From NCBI GenBank assembly GCA_009914755.4, contig CP068257.2, positions 1,952,001-2,016,000 on the forward strand: 64,000 nucleotides of DNA, written 5' to 3'. Every line of letters starts with the position of its first letter. Within the stretch, counting starts at the first letter, position 1. The stretch comes from the human T2T-CHM13v2.0 reference genome, Homo sapiens. The translations under genes were made by a program, and so were the position numbers. A model generated the notes under the pieces. The model did not search any database. It saw only the letters and a list, made by a program, of their open reading frames with translations, and was not told where the DNA came from. Shown piece after piece: positions 1 to 15,340 of this stretch.

Positions 1-1072
1 CAAAGTGTACAAAATATATATTATATACTGTACATAAAATATCAAAGTACCCAAATTATATATTATATACTGTACATAAAATATCAATCTATCCAATGTA
101 TAGATTATATACCGTACATAAAATATGAAAGCACATCAAATATATATTTTATTCTGTACATAAAATATCAAAGTACACCAAACATATATTCTATACTGTA
201 CATAAAATATCAAGGTACACCTAATATATATTCTATACTGTACATAAAATATCAAACTTCCCAAACATATATTATATTCTTTACATAATATATCAAAGTA
301 CCCAAACTATATATTTTATACTGTACATAAAATATCAAAGTACCCAAACTATACATTATATACTGTACGTAAAATATGAAATTACACCAAATATATATTA
401 TATTAGGTACATCAAATATGAAAGTACATGAAATATAGATTATATACTGTACATAAAATACCAAAGTACCCCAAATATATATTATATACTGTACATGAAA
501 TATCAAAGTACACAAATTATATATTATATACTGTACATAAAATATCAAAGTATCCGAAGTATATATTATGTACTGTACATAACATATCAAGGTAACCAAA
601 CTATATATTTTTTAAGGTACATAAAATATCAAAGTACCCAAAGTACATATCATATACTGTACATAACATATCAAAGTAACCATACTATATATTATATACT
701 ATACATAAAATATGAAAGTACCTAAAGTATATATTATATACTCTACATAAAATATCAATGTTCTGAAACTATATATTATATACTGTACATAAAATAGAAA
801 AGTACACCACATATATATTCTATACTGTACATAATATAGAAGTACAGGAAATATATATTGTATACTGTACATAAAATATCAAAGTATCCAAACATATATT
901 ATATAATGTACGTAATATATCAAATTACCCAAACCATATGTTTTATTCTGTACATAAAATATCAAAGTACCCAAACTATTCATTATATACTGTACATAAA
1001 ATATACTGTACATCAAATGTATATTATATTATGTAAATAAAATATGAAAGTATATCAAATATAAATTATATT
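1..1072. repeat. Human satellite I (HSat1; classical AT-rich 42-bp satellite I with a 17-bp A subunit ACATAAAATATCAAAGT and a 25-bp B subunit ACCCAAAYTATATATTATATACTGT; RepeatMasker SAR/HSATI-type). Tandem array of about 25 monomers that continues upstream of the window.
   Basis: Direct reading shows a ~42-bp periodicity (TACTGTACATAAAATATCAAAGTACCCAAACTATATATTATA) repeated head to tail with 10-20% divergence. The stretch is about 80% AT. The A/B subunit structure matches the published satellite I consensus, recalled from memory. Confidence 0.85.
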
Positions 1073-1520
1073 CTGAGCTTTCGGAGCAGCCCGGACAGAG
1101 CTCTCATACCTTTCCACCACCCCACCCCGGCCTGACCACCCCCTCCCGAACCCCGTCTCCCACCCCCGTAAAATGCGTCTTCCCTTAGGCTGGGTGAGGA
1201 CCCACGTCCTTCAAAACCTCGGGCCCACCCAGCCTCCAGGCCTGACAACCCTCCGACGGCTCGCCTCCTCTGAGCCTCCACGCCACCGTCGCCGGCCCGT
1301 CCGTGCCCCTGCAGCCTCCCAGCTGCCACCATGGAGTGTCTGGCGGCGGAACGCAGACTTCTAGCCCTCTTTGCCGGCCTCCTGGCTAGACCTGCGCTCA
1401 TTGCGCACCCCGGCTCGCGTGCAAGGGAGTCCGCTGGCCTCTCTGTGCCCTTGTCCGTCTATGAAATTCCGACTGAGGCTCTCCCAACACCTTCCGATGC
1501 TCTTTAGTCAAAGCCTGGAG
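1073..1520 (+). other. 3'-terminal fragment of a D4Z4-like element: the region downstream of the DUX4 ORF plus a pLAM-like segment. It is truncated on its 5' side exactly at the HSat1 junction and is a paralogue of 15520-15947.
   Basis: It aligns by eye, base for base, with 15520-15947 (AGCAGAGCTCTCAT[A/G]CCTTTCCACCACCCCACCCC ... CCTGCAGCCTCCCAGCTG[C/T]CACCATGGAG ... CTTTAGTCAAAGCCTGGAGAATAGTTACATCTCCTGGATGATCAGTTCAG). It is also homologous to the distal D4Z4/pLAM sequence of 4q35 as I remember it. Confidence 0.85.
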
Positions 1521-4500
1521 AATAGTTACATCTCCTGGATGATCAGTTCAGAAATACATCACAATGCCCCCTCCCTGCGGAGCCTACAGAAGATTTGCAT
1601 CATTTGGGTGATCAGTGCAGAGATATATCACAATGTCCCCTGTACAAAAAGCATGGAAATGATTTACACCACCTCGGTGATCAGTGCATAGGTATGTCAG
1701 AAATCCCCAGTAGGCTGAACCTAGACAAGGGTTACATCACTTAGGTGATCAGTGTAGAGATATGTGAAAAGTCCCATGTAGACAGAGCCTAGACAAGTGT
1801 TCCATCAGCTAGTGATCAGTGCAGGGATAAGTTGTAAAGCCTACTGTAGGCAGAGTGTAGACAAGTGTTTCCTCCCTGGGGTGATCACTGTAGAGATATG
1901 TCACAAAGCCCCTGTAAGCAGAACCTTGACAAGGGTTACATCACCTGTTTGATCAGTGGAAATGTATATCACAAAGTCCCCTGTAGGCAAAGCCCAGACA
2001 ATTGTTACATCACCTGGGTGAGCAGTGGAGAGATCTGTCACAATGCCCCTGTAGGCAGAGATTAAACAAGGGTTACATCACCTGGGTGATCAGTGCAGAG
2101 ATATGTCAAAACACTCCTGTAGGATGAACCTAGACAGGAGTAACCACCCGGGTGATCAGTGCAGAGATATGTGAGAATTCCCGTGTAGACAGAGTCTAGA
2201 CAAGCGTTACATCACCTAGGTTATAAGTGCAGGTATAAGTAGTAAAGCCTCCTGTAGGCAGAGCGTAGACAAGAGTTCCCTCCCAAGGGTGATAAGTGCA
2301 GAGATGTGTCACAAAGCCCCCATAGGCAGAGCCTAGACAAGAGTTTCATCACTTGGTTGATCAGTTCAGAGATGTGTCAAAATGTCCATGTAGGCAGATC
2401 TAAGACAAGAGTCCATCACCTGTGTGATCAGTGCAGAGATATGTACCAATGTCCCCTGTAGGCAGTGCCTAGACAAGAGTTACATCACCTCAGAGATCAG
2501 TGCATAGATCTGTCACAAAGCCTTCTATAGGCAAACCCATACAAGGCTTACATCATCTAGGTGACCAGCGCAGAGATACGTCACACAAATCCTTGTAGAG
2601 AGAGCCTAGACAAGGGTTACATCACCTAGATGAACACTACAGAGATATTTCACAATATCCCCTGTAGGCAGATCGTAGACAAGAGTTGAATCACCTGGGT
2701 GATCAGTGCAGAGATATTTCACAATGACCCCTATGGGTAGACGGTAGACAAGAGTTACATCACCTAGGTGATCCGTGCAGAGATTTGTCAAAATTCCCAG
2801 TAGGCAGTACTTATAGAAGTGTTACATCACCTAAGTGATCAGTGCAGAGATATGTCACAAAGCTCCTGTAGGCAGAACTTAGATGAGTTATATCACCTGG
2901 GAGATCAGTGCAAAGGTATGTCACAAAGCCCCATGTAGGCAAAGCCTAGACAATAGTTCCATCACTTGGGTGATCAGTGGCGAGATCTCTCACAATTCCC
3001 CTGTAGGTAGAGGTTATACAACAGTTACCTCACCTGGGTGATCAGTGCAGAGATATGTCACAATGCCCCCATAGGAAGATCCAAGACAAGAGTCCGTCAC
3101 CTGGGTGATCAGTGCAGAGATATGTGAGAAATCCCGTGTAGGCAGAGCCTAGACAAGTGTTACATCAACTAGGTTATCAGTGCAGGTATAAGTCATAAAG
3201 CCTCCTATAGGCAGAGCGTAGAAAAGAGTTCCCTCCCCAGGGTGATCAGTGCAGAGATGTGTCACAAAGCCCTGTAGGCAGAGCCTAGACAAGAGATTCA
3301 TCACTTGGTTGATCAGTTCAGAGATGTGTCACAATCTCCATGTAGGCAGATCTAAGACAAGAGTCCATCACCTGGGTGATCAGTGCAGAGATATGGACCA
3401 ATATCCCCTGTAGGCAGTGCCTAGACAAGAGTTGCATCACCTCAGAGATCAGTGCAGAGATATTTCACAAAGCCTTCTGTAGGCAAAGCCCATACAAGGC
3501 TTACATCACCTAGGTGATCAGTGCAGTGATATGTCACAAAAATCCCTGTAGACAGAGACTAGAAAAGAGGTACATCAACTGGGAGATCAGTGCAGATATT
3601 TGACACAATGCCCCCATAGACAGAGCCTAGACAAGACTTCCATCACCTTGGCGATAAGTGCAGAGATATGTCACAAATCCCCCTCTAGGCAGAGTACAGA
3701 GAAGAGTCCCATCACCTGGGTGATCAGTGCAGAGATATTTCACAATGCCCCCTGTGGGCAGAGAGTGGACAAGAGTTACATAACCTAGGTGGTCTGTGCA
3801 GAGCTATATCAAAACGCCCCTGTAGGCAGAGCCTAGATAAATATTACATCACCTGGGTGATCAGTGCAGAGATACGTCACAATAACCCCTGTAGGTGGAG
3901 CCTAGACAAGAGTTACATCAACTGGGTGATCAGTGCAGAGATATGTCACAAAGCCCCTGTAGGCACAGCCTAAAGAAGTGTTACATCACCTGGGTGATCA
4001 GTGAAGAAATATGTCACAAAGCCCCTGTAGGACGAGCCTAGACAAGAGTTGTTACATCTCCTGGGTGATCAGTGCAAAGATATGTCACAAAGCCCCCTGT
4101 AGACAAATCTCAGAAAATTGTTACATCACATGGTTGATCAGTGGAGATATCTGTCAAAATTCCCCTACAGGCGCAGCTTAGACAAGCGTTACATCACATG
4201 AGTGATCATTTCAGAGATATGTCACTATGCCCCCATAGGCAGATCCAAGACAAGAGTCCATCACCTCGGTGATCAGTGCAGATATATGCCACAATGCCAC
4301 CAGTAGGCAGATATAGAGAAAGTTACATCACCTGCGTGATCAAGGCAGAGATATGTCACAATGCCCCTGTAGGCAGAGCCTAGACGAGAGTCCCATCACC
4401 TGGGTGATCAGTGCAGAGTTATGTCACAATGCCCCCTCTTGACAGAGCCTAGAAAATGGTTATATCACCTGGGTGATCAGTGCAGAGATGTGTCACAACA

Positions 4501-7500
4501 CCCCTGTAGCCAGAGCCTAGACCAGAGTTACATCACCTGGGTGATCAGTGCAGAGATATGTCATAAATCCCACTGTAGGCAAAGCCTAGACAAGTTTTAC
4601 ATCACCTCAGCGATCAGTGTAGAAATATGGCCCAATATCCCTCTAGGCAGAGCTTAGACAAGAGTCACATCTCCTGGGTGATCAGTGCAGAGAAAAGTCA
4701 CAATGCCCCCGTAGGCAGAGCATAGACGAGAGTTCCATAACCCGGGTGATCCGTGCAGAGTGATGTCACAACGCCCTCTGTAGGCAGAGACTAGAAAAGA
4801 GTTACATCACCTGGGTGATCAGTGCAGATATATGTCACAATACCCGCTGTAGGCAGAGCATAGAGAAGAGTGGCATCACCTCGGTGATCAGTGCAGATAT
4901 ATGTCACAATGTCCCCTGCAGGCAAAGCCTAGGCAAGAGTTACATCACGTTTGTCATCAGTTTAGGGATATGTGAAAACGCCCCTGTAGGCAGAGCCTAG
5001 ACAAGAGTTACATCACCTAGTTAATCAGTGCAGAGATATTTCACAATACACCCTGTAGGCAGTTACTAGGCAAGAGTTGAATCACCTGGGTGATCAGTGC
5101 AGAGATATTTCACAATGCCCCCTTTGGGCAGAGGGTAGACAAGAGTTACATCACCTAGGTGATCCGTGCAGAGATTTGTCAAAATTCCCTTTGGCAGTGC
5201 TCATAAAAGTGTTACATCACCTAAGTGATCAGTGTAAAGATATGTCACAAAGCTCCTGTAGGCAGAACTTAGATGAGTTACGTCACCTGGGAGATCAGTG
5301 CAAAGGTATGTCACAAAGCCCCATGTAGGCAAAGCCTAGACAATAGTTCCATCACTTGGGTGATCAGTGGCGAGATCTCTCACAATACCCCTGTAGGCAG
5401 AGCTTATACAACAGTTACATCATCTGGATGATCAGTGCAGAGATATGTCACAATGCCCCCATAGGCAGATCCAAGACAAGAGTCCGTCACCTGGGTGATC
5501 AGTGCAGAGATATGTGAGAATTCCCGTGTAGGCAGTGTCTAGACAAGAGTTACATCACCTAGGATATCAGTGCAGGTATAAGTCATAAAGCCTCCTGTAG
5601 GCAGAGCGTAGACAAGAGTTCCCTCCCCAGGGTGATCAGTGCAGAGATGTGTCACAAAGCCCCTGTAGGCAGAGCCTAGACAAGAGTTTCATCACTTGGT
5701 TGATCAGTTCAGAGATGTGTCACAATCTCCATGTAGGCAGATCTAAGACAAGAGTCCATTACCTGGGTGATCAGTGCAGAGATATGTACCAATGTCCCCT
5801 GAAGGCAGTGCCTAGACAAGAGTTGCATCACCTCAGATGTCAGTGCATAGATATGTCACAAAGCCTTCTGTAGGCAAAGCCCATACAAGGCTTACATCAC
5901 CTAGGTGATCAGTGCAGTGATATGTCACAAAAATCCCTGTAGACAGAGCCTAGAAAAGAGTTACATCACCTGGGTGATCAGTGCAGATATTTGACACAAT
6001 GCCCCCATAGACAGAGCCTAGACAAGACTTCCATCACCTGGTTGATCAGTGCAGAGATATGTCACAAATTCCCCTCTAGGCAGAGTATAGAGAAGAGTCC
6101 CATCACCTGGGTGATCAGTGCAGAGATATTTCACAATGCCCCCTGTAGACAGAGAGTGGACAAGAGTTACATAACCTAGGTGATCTGTGAAGAGCTATGC
6201 CAAAACGCCCCTGTAGGCAGAGCCTAGATAAATGTTACATCACCTGGGTGATCAGTGCAGAGATACGTCACAATAACCCCTGTAGGTGGAGCCTAGACAA
6301 GAGTTACATCAACTGGGTGATCAGTGCAGAGATATGTCACAAAGCCCCTGTAGGCAGAGCCTAAACAAGAGTTACATCACCTGGCTGATCAGTGCAGAAA
6401 TATGTCACAAAGCCCCTGTAGGCCCTGCCTAGCCAAGAGTTGTTACCTCTCCTGGGTGATCAGTGCAAAGATATGGCACAAAGCCCCCTGTAGACAAATC
6501 CCAGAAAATTGTTACATCACCTGGGTGATCAGTGGAGATATCTGTCAAAATTCCCCTTCAGGCACAGCTTGGACAAGCGTTACATCCCATGAGTGATCAG
6601 TGCAGAGATAAGTCATTATGCCCCCATAGGCAGATCCAAGACAAGAGTCCATCACCTGGGTGATCAGTGCAGAAATATGTCACAATGTCGACAGTAGGCA
6701 GATACAGACAAGAGTTACATCACCTGCGTGATCACTGCAGAGATATGTCACAATGCCCCTGTAGGCAGAGCCTAGACACGAGTCCCATCACCTGGGCGAT
6801 CAGTGCAGAGTTATGTCACAATGCCCCCTTTTGACAGAGCCTAGAGAAGGGTTACATCACCTGGGTGATCAGTGCAGAGATGTGTCACAAGCCCGCTGTA
6901 GCCAGAGCCTATATATGAGATACACCAGCTATGTGATCAGTGCAGTGACATGTCACAATGTCCCTGTAGCCATATCCTTGAGAAAAGTGACATCACCTCG
7001 GTGATCAGTGCGTAGATATGTCACAATATCTCCAATAGGCAGATTAGACAAGAGTTACATCTCCTGGGTGATCAGGGCAGAGATATGTCACAATGCCCCC
7101 TGTAAGCAGATCCCAGACAAGAGTTGCATCACCTCGGTGATCAGTGCAGTGATATGTCTCAATGCCCCCTGTCGTTGAAGCCTATACAAGAGTAACATCA
7201 TCTCGGTGATCAGTGCAGTGATATGTTAAAATGCCCCTGTAGGCAGAGCCTAGACAAGAGTCACATCACCTGGGTGATCAGTGCAGAGATATCTCACAAT
7301 AACCCCTGTAAGCAGAGCCTACACAACAGTTACAACACCTGGGTGATCAGTGCAGAGATATGTCATAAATCTCACTGTAGGCAAAGCCTAGACAAGTTTT
7401 ACACCACCTCAGCGATCAGTGCAGGGATATGTCCCAATGTCCCTCAAGGCAGAGCTTAGACAAGAGTCACATCTCCTGGGTGATCAGTGCAGAGATAAGT

Positions 7501-10500
7501 CACAATGACCCCGTAGGCAGAGCCTAGACAATAGTTACATAACCCGGGTGATCCGTGCAGAGTCATGTCACAACGCCCTCTGTAGGCAGAGACTAGAAAA
7601 GAGTTACATCACCTTTGTGATCAGTGCAGAGATATGTCACAATGCCCCCTGTAGGCAGAGCATAGAGAAGAGTTGCAACACCTGGGTGATCAGTGCAGAG
7701 ATATGTCACAAAGCTCCTGTAGGCAGAACTTAGATGAGTTACATCACCTGGGAGATCAGTGCAAAGGTATGTCACAAAGCCCCATGTAGGCAAAGCCTAG
7801 ACAACAGTTACATCACTTGGGTGATCAGTGGCGAGATCTCTCACAATTCCCCTGTAGACAGAGCTTATACAACAGTTACATCACCTGGGTGATCAGTGCA
7901 GAGATATGTCACAATGCCCCCATAGGCAGATCCAAGACAAGAGTCCGTCACCTGGGTGATCAGTGCAGAGATATGTGAGAATTCCCGTGTAGGCAGAGCC
8001 TAGACAAGTGTTACATCACCTAGGTTATCAGTGCAGGTATAAGTCATAAAGCCTCCTGTAGGCAGAGCGTAGACAAGAGTTCCCTCCCCAGGGTGATCAG
8101 TGCAGAGATGTGTCACAAAGCCCCTGTAGGCAGAGCCTAGACAAGAGTTTCATCACTTGGTTGATCAGTTCAGAGATGTGTCACAATGTCCACGTAGGCA
8201 GATCTAAGTCAAGACTCCATCACCTGGGTGATCTGTGCAGAGATATGTACCAATGTCCCCTGTAGGCAGTGCCTAGACAAGAGTTGCATCACCTCAGAGA
8301 TCAGTGCAGAGATATTTCACAAAGCCTTCTGTAGGCAAAGCCCATACAAGGCTTACATCACCTAGGTGATCAGTGCAGTGATATGTCAAAAAAATCTCCG
8401 TAGACAGAGCCTAGAAAAGAGGTACATCACCTGGGTGATCAGTGCAGATATTTGACAGAATGCCCCCATAGACAGAGCCTAGACAAGACTTCCATCACCT
8501 TGGCGATCAGTGCAGAGATATGTCACAAATCCCCCTCTAAGCAGAGTACAGAGAAGAGTCCCATCACCTGATTGATCAGTGCAGAGATGTTTCACAATGT
8601 CCCCTGTAGGCAGAGAGTGGACAAGGGTTACATAACCTAGGTGATCTGTGGAGAGCTATGTCAAAACGCCCCTGTAGGCAGAGCCTAGATAAATGTTACA
8701 TCACCTGGGTGATCAGCGCAGAGATAGGTCACAATACCCCTGTAGGTGGAGCCTAGACAAGAGTTACATCAACTGGGTGATCAGTGCAGAGATATGTCAC
8801 AAATCCCTGATAGGCAGAGCCTAGACAAGAGTCCCATCACCTGGGTGATCATTGCAGAGTTATGTCACAAAACCCCCTTTTGACAGAGCCTAGACAAGGG
8901 TTACATCACCTGGGTGATCATTGCAGAGATGTGTCACAAGCCCCCTGTAGCCAGAGCCTGGAAAAGAGTTACATCTGCTGTGTGATCAGTGCAGTGACAT
9001 TTCACAATGTCCCTGTAGCCATATCCTTGAGAAAAGTGACATCACCTGGGTGATCAGTGCGGAGATATATCACATTGTCTCCAGTAGGCAGAGCCTAGAC
9101 AAGAGTTACATCACCTGGGTGATCAGGGCAGAGATATGTCACAATGACCCCTGTAAGCAGATATGAGACAAGAGTTGCATCACCTCGGTGATCAGTGCAG
9201 ATTTATGTCTCAATGCACCTTTTCAGCGAAGCCTATACAAAAGTTACATCATCTCGGTGATCAGTGCAGTGATATGTTAAAATGCCCCTGTAGGCAGAGC
9301 CTAGACAAGAGTTACATCACCTGGGTGATCAGTGCAGAGATATCTCATAATACTCCCTTTAAGCAGAACCTAGACAAGAGTTACATCACCTGGGTGATTA
9401 ATGCAGAGATATGTCATAAATCCCACGTAGGCAAAGCCTAGACAAGTTTTATATAACCTCAGCGATCAGTGCAGAGATATGTCCCAATGTCCCTCTAGGC
9501 AGAGCTTAGAAAAGGGTCACACCTCCTGAGTGATCAGTGCAGAGATAAGTCACAATGCCCCCATAGGCAGAGCCTAGAGGAGAGTTACATAACCCTGGTG
9601 ATCCGTGCAGAGTGATGTCACAACGCCCTCTGTAGGCAGAGACTAGAAAAGAGTTACATCACCTGGGTGATCAGTGCAGAGATATGTCACAATGCCCCCA
9701 GGAGGCAGAGCATAGAGAAGAGTTGCATCACATGGGTGATCAGTGCAGAGATATGTCAAAATGTCCCCTGTAGGCAGAGTATAGAGAAGAGTTGCATCAC
9801 ATGGGTGATCAGTGCAGAGATATGTCAGAATGTCCCCTGTAGGCAGAGCATAGAGAAGAGTTGCATCACCTGGGTGATCAGTGCGGAGATATGTCACAAT
9901 GTCCCCTGTAGGCAAAGCCTAGGCAAGAGTTGCATCACCTAGGTGATCAGTGCAGATATATGTCCAATGTCCCCTGTAGGCAAAGCCTAGGCAAGAGTTA
10001 CATCACCTTTGTCATCAGTTCAGGGATATGTGAAAATGCCCCTGTAGGCAGAGGCTAGAGAAGAGTTACATCACTTTGTTGATCAGTGCAGATATGTTTC
10101 ACAATACCCCCTGTAGGCAGATCTTAGACAAGAGTTGAATCACCTTGGTGATCAGTGCAGAGATATTTCACAATGCCCCCTTTGGGCAGAGGGTAGACAA
10201 GAGATACATCACCTAGGTGATCCGTGCAAAGATTTGTCAAATTTCCCTGAAGGCAGTGCTTATGAAAGTGTTACATCAGCTAAGTGATCAGTGCAGAGAT
10301 ATGTCACAAAGCTCCTGTAAGCAGAATTTAGATGAGTTACATAACCGGGTGATCATTGCACAGGTATGTCACAAAGCCCCCTGTAGGCAAAGCCTAGACA
10401 ATAGTTCCATCACTTGGGTGATCAGTGGCGAGGTCTCTCACAATTCCCCTGTAGGCAGAGCTTATACAAGAGTTACATCACCTAGGTGATCAGTGCAGAG

Positions 10501-13159
10501 ATATTTCACAATGCTCTTGCAGGCAGAGCGTAAGCAAGAGTTACATCACCTAGATGATCAGCGCAGAGATATGTCACAAGGCCCCCTATAGGCAGAGCCT
10601 GGACAAGAGTTACATCACCTCGGTGATCAATGCAGCGATATGTCACTATGACCCGTAGGCAGAGCCTAGTCAAGCGTTACATCACCTGGGTGATCAGTGC
10701 ACATATATGTCACAAAGCCCCCATACACAGAGCCTAGACGAGAGTCCCATCACCTGGGTATTCAGTGCAGAGTTCTGTCACAAATTCCCTTTAGGCAGAT
10801 CCTAGACAAGTGTTACATCACTTGGATGATCAGTGTAAAGATATGTCACAATGTCACTGTAGGCAGAGTCTAGACAAGAGTTACATGACGTAGGTGATCA
10901 GTGCAGAGATACATCGCAATGTCCCTGTAGGCAGAGCCTTGACAAGTGGTACATCACCTGGGTGATCATTGCAGGGATATGTCACAAATCACCCTGTAGG
11001 CAGATCCTAGAAAAGAGTTACATCACCTAGGTGATCAGTGCAGAGATTTGTCAAAATTCCCTGTGGGCAGTGCTTATATAAGTGTTGCATCACCTAAGAG
11101 ATCAGTGCAGAGATACGTCACAAAGCTCCTGTAGGCAGAATTTAGATGAGTTTACATCACCTCGGTGATCAGTGCAAAGCTATGTCACAAATCCCCTGTA
11201 GGCAAAGCCTAGACAATAGTTACATCACTTGTGTGATCAGTGGTGAGATCTCTCACAATTCCCCTGTCGGCAGAGATTATACAATAGTTACATCACCTGG
11301 GTGATCAGTGCAGAGATATGTAACAGTACCCCCATAGGCAGATCCAAGACAAGAGTCCGTCACCTGGGTGATCAGTGCAGAAATATGTCACAAAGCCCCC
11401 TTAGGCAGAGCCTAGACAAAAGACCCATCACCTGGATGATTAGTGCAGAGTTATGTCACAAAGTCCCTTTAGGCAGATCTTAGACAAGAGTTACATCACT
11501 TGGATGATCAGTGCAGAGATATGTCACAATGCCAATGTAAGCAGAGCCTAGATAAGTGTTACATGACCTAGGTGAACACTGCAGGGATACATCGCAATGT
11601 CCCTGTAGGCAGAGCCTTGACAAGTGGTACATCACCTGGGTGATCATTGCAGGGATATGTCACAAGGCACCCTGTAGGCATATCCTAGAAAAGAGTTACA
11701 TCACCTGGGTGATCAGTGCAGAGATATGTCACAATGCCACTGTAGGCAGAGCCTAGACAAGAGTTACATGACCTAGGTGATCAGTGCAGAGATACATCGC
11801 AATGCCCCTGTAGGTAGAGCCTTGGCAAGTGGCATATCACCTGGGTGATCATTGCAGGGATATGTCACAAGGCACCCTGTAGGCATATCCTAGAAAAGAG
11901 TTACATCACCTGGGTGATCAGTGCAGAGATATGTCACAATGCCACTGTAGGCAGAGCCTAGACAAGAGTTACATGACCTAGGTGATCAGTGCAGAGATAC
12001 ATCGCAATGCCCCTGTAGGCAGAGCCTTGAAAAGTGGTATATCACCTGGGTGATCATTGCAGGGATATGTCACAAAGCACCCTGTAGGCAGATCCTAGAG
12101 AAGAGTTATATCACCTGAGTGATCAGTGCAGAGATATGTCACAAGCCCCCTGTAGGCAGAGCCTAGACAAGAGTTATATCACCTGGGTGATCAGTGCAGT
12201 GATATGTCACAATGCCGTGCAGCCAGATCCTAGACTAAATTTACAGCACCTGGGAGATCAGTGCAGAGATATGTCACAATGTCCCCAGTAGGCAGAGACC
12301 AGGCAAGAGTTGGATCACCTCGGGATCAGTGCAGAGATATGTCTCAATCCCCCTGTGGGCACAGCCTAGACAAGAGTTACATCACCTAGGTTAACAGTGC
12401 AGAGATATGTCGAAATGCCCTGTAGGCAGAACCTACACAAGTGTTACATCACTTAGGTAATCAGTGCAGAGATATGTCACAATACCCCCTGTAAGCAGAG
12501 CCTAGACAAGAGTTAGATCACCTGGGTGAACAATGAAGAGATATGTGGCAACGCCCCTTTAAGCAGAGCCTAGACAATAGTTACATCACCTGAGTGATCA
12601 GTGCAGAGATCTGTCACAATGCCCCTTTAGGCAGAGCTCAGAACAGAGTTACATCACCTGGGTGATCAGTGCGGATATATGTCACAATGCCCCCATAGGC
12701 AAATCCAAGACAAGGGTCTGTCACCTGGGTGATCAGTGCAGAAATATGTGACAATGCCCCCAGTAGGCAGAGCCAAGAGAAGAGTCCCACTACCTGGGTG
12801 ATCAGTGCAGAGATATGTGACAAGGACCCTTTAAGAAGAACCTAGACTATAGTTACATCACCTGAGTGATCAGTGCAGAGATCTGTCACAATGACCCTTT
12901 AGGCAGAGCTTAGACCAGAGTTACATCACCTGCGTGATCAGTGCAGAGATATTTCACAATGCCCCCATAGGCAGATCCAACACAAGAGTTACATCACCTG
13001 GGTGATCCGTGTAGAGATATGTCACAATGCCCCCATAGGCATAGCCTAGAAAAAAGTCCCATCACCTGGGTGATCAGTGCAGAGATATGTCACAAAGTCC
13101 CAGTAGGCAGAGCCTAGACAAGGTTTACATCACTTTGTTGATCAGTTCCGAGATGTGTC
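1521..13159 (+). repeat. Beta-satellite (68-bp Sau3A family) array 1, about 171 monomers, with a superimposed ~2.4-kb higher-order periodicity and a 204-bp trimer HOR near its 3' end.
   Basis: The 68-bp monomer AGTTACATCACCTGGGTGATCAGTGCAGAGATATGTCACAATGCCCCTGTAGGCAGAGCCTAGACAAG, with a GATC (Sau3A) site in each monomer, repeats throughout. The many 60-110-aa ORFs in the track are periodic artefacts of this repeat. Confidence 0.95.
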
Positions 13160-13769
13160 ATGCTGACTGTTTGATCCCAGAGCTCTGTGGGCACCAGTAA
13201 ACATGCAGGGAAGGGTGGAAGAAAGGCATGGTGCCTTCGCTCTACTTGCCAGTTTCCAAACCGGCCACACAGCAGACTCCCCATTTTGCCGCACAAGGGA
13301 ATCCAACGTCAAGCCATCACGCTGGGGAGGCATCTTCTCTCTGGTGTCTTGCTGTAGTCTCCTATGTGGAAAGGAACGAGAGCCACACGCCTGCGTGTGT
13401 GAGACTGTCCTGGCAATGGCGACACCCACAGGCACTGCCTCCTTCAGGGAGAGAGGGCCTGGAACACTCAAGACTCCCACGGAGGTTCAGTTCCACACTC
13501 CTTTCCACTCTCCCAGGCCGGTTTCTCCCTGCTGAAGACGCGTGGGAGCCCAGAGAGCGGTTTCCAGTTCCCGCGGGATTCCTGGAGAGGTCCGGAGAGC
13601 CAGCCCCCGAAACGCAACCCCCTCACGCCTTCCACCTCGCCCCCTTCCTCTTCGTCTCTCCGGCCCCACCACCACCATCTCCACGCCCTCCCCCCCCACC
13701 CCACCACAGCCCGGCGGCAGTCCTCGACGCCCTGGGACCCTTCCGGGGTGGGGCAGGCTGTCCCAGTGC

Positions 13770-15340
<1,571 letters not shown>

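Noticed and set aside
252-1040. ORFs within HSat1 (252..599 -, 495..725 +, 858..1040 +).
   Set aside because: They are Tyr/Ile-rich translations of a 42-bp AT-rich satellite. They are artefacts.
1066-1691. ORFs in the D4Z4 3' fragment (1066..1401 -, 1371..1691 +) that are duplicated at 15607..15885 - and 15828..16118 +.
   Set aside because: They are conserved only because the whole segment is a paralogous duplication of the DUX4 3' UTR/pLAM-like region. They have no coding signature.
1521-13159. Dozens of 60-110-aa ORFs in the beta-satellite, often with near-identical peptides such as MTQCPHRQSLDKTSIT...
   Set aside because: They are periodic copies produced by the 68-bp repeat and its 2.4-kb HOR. 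They have no start context or conservation beyond the repeat itself. They are not coding.
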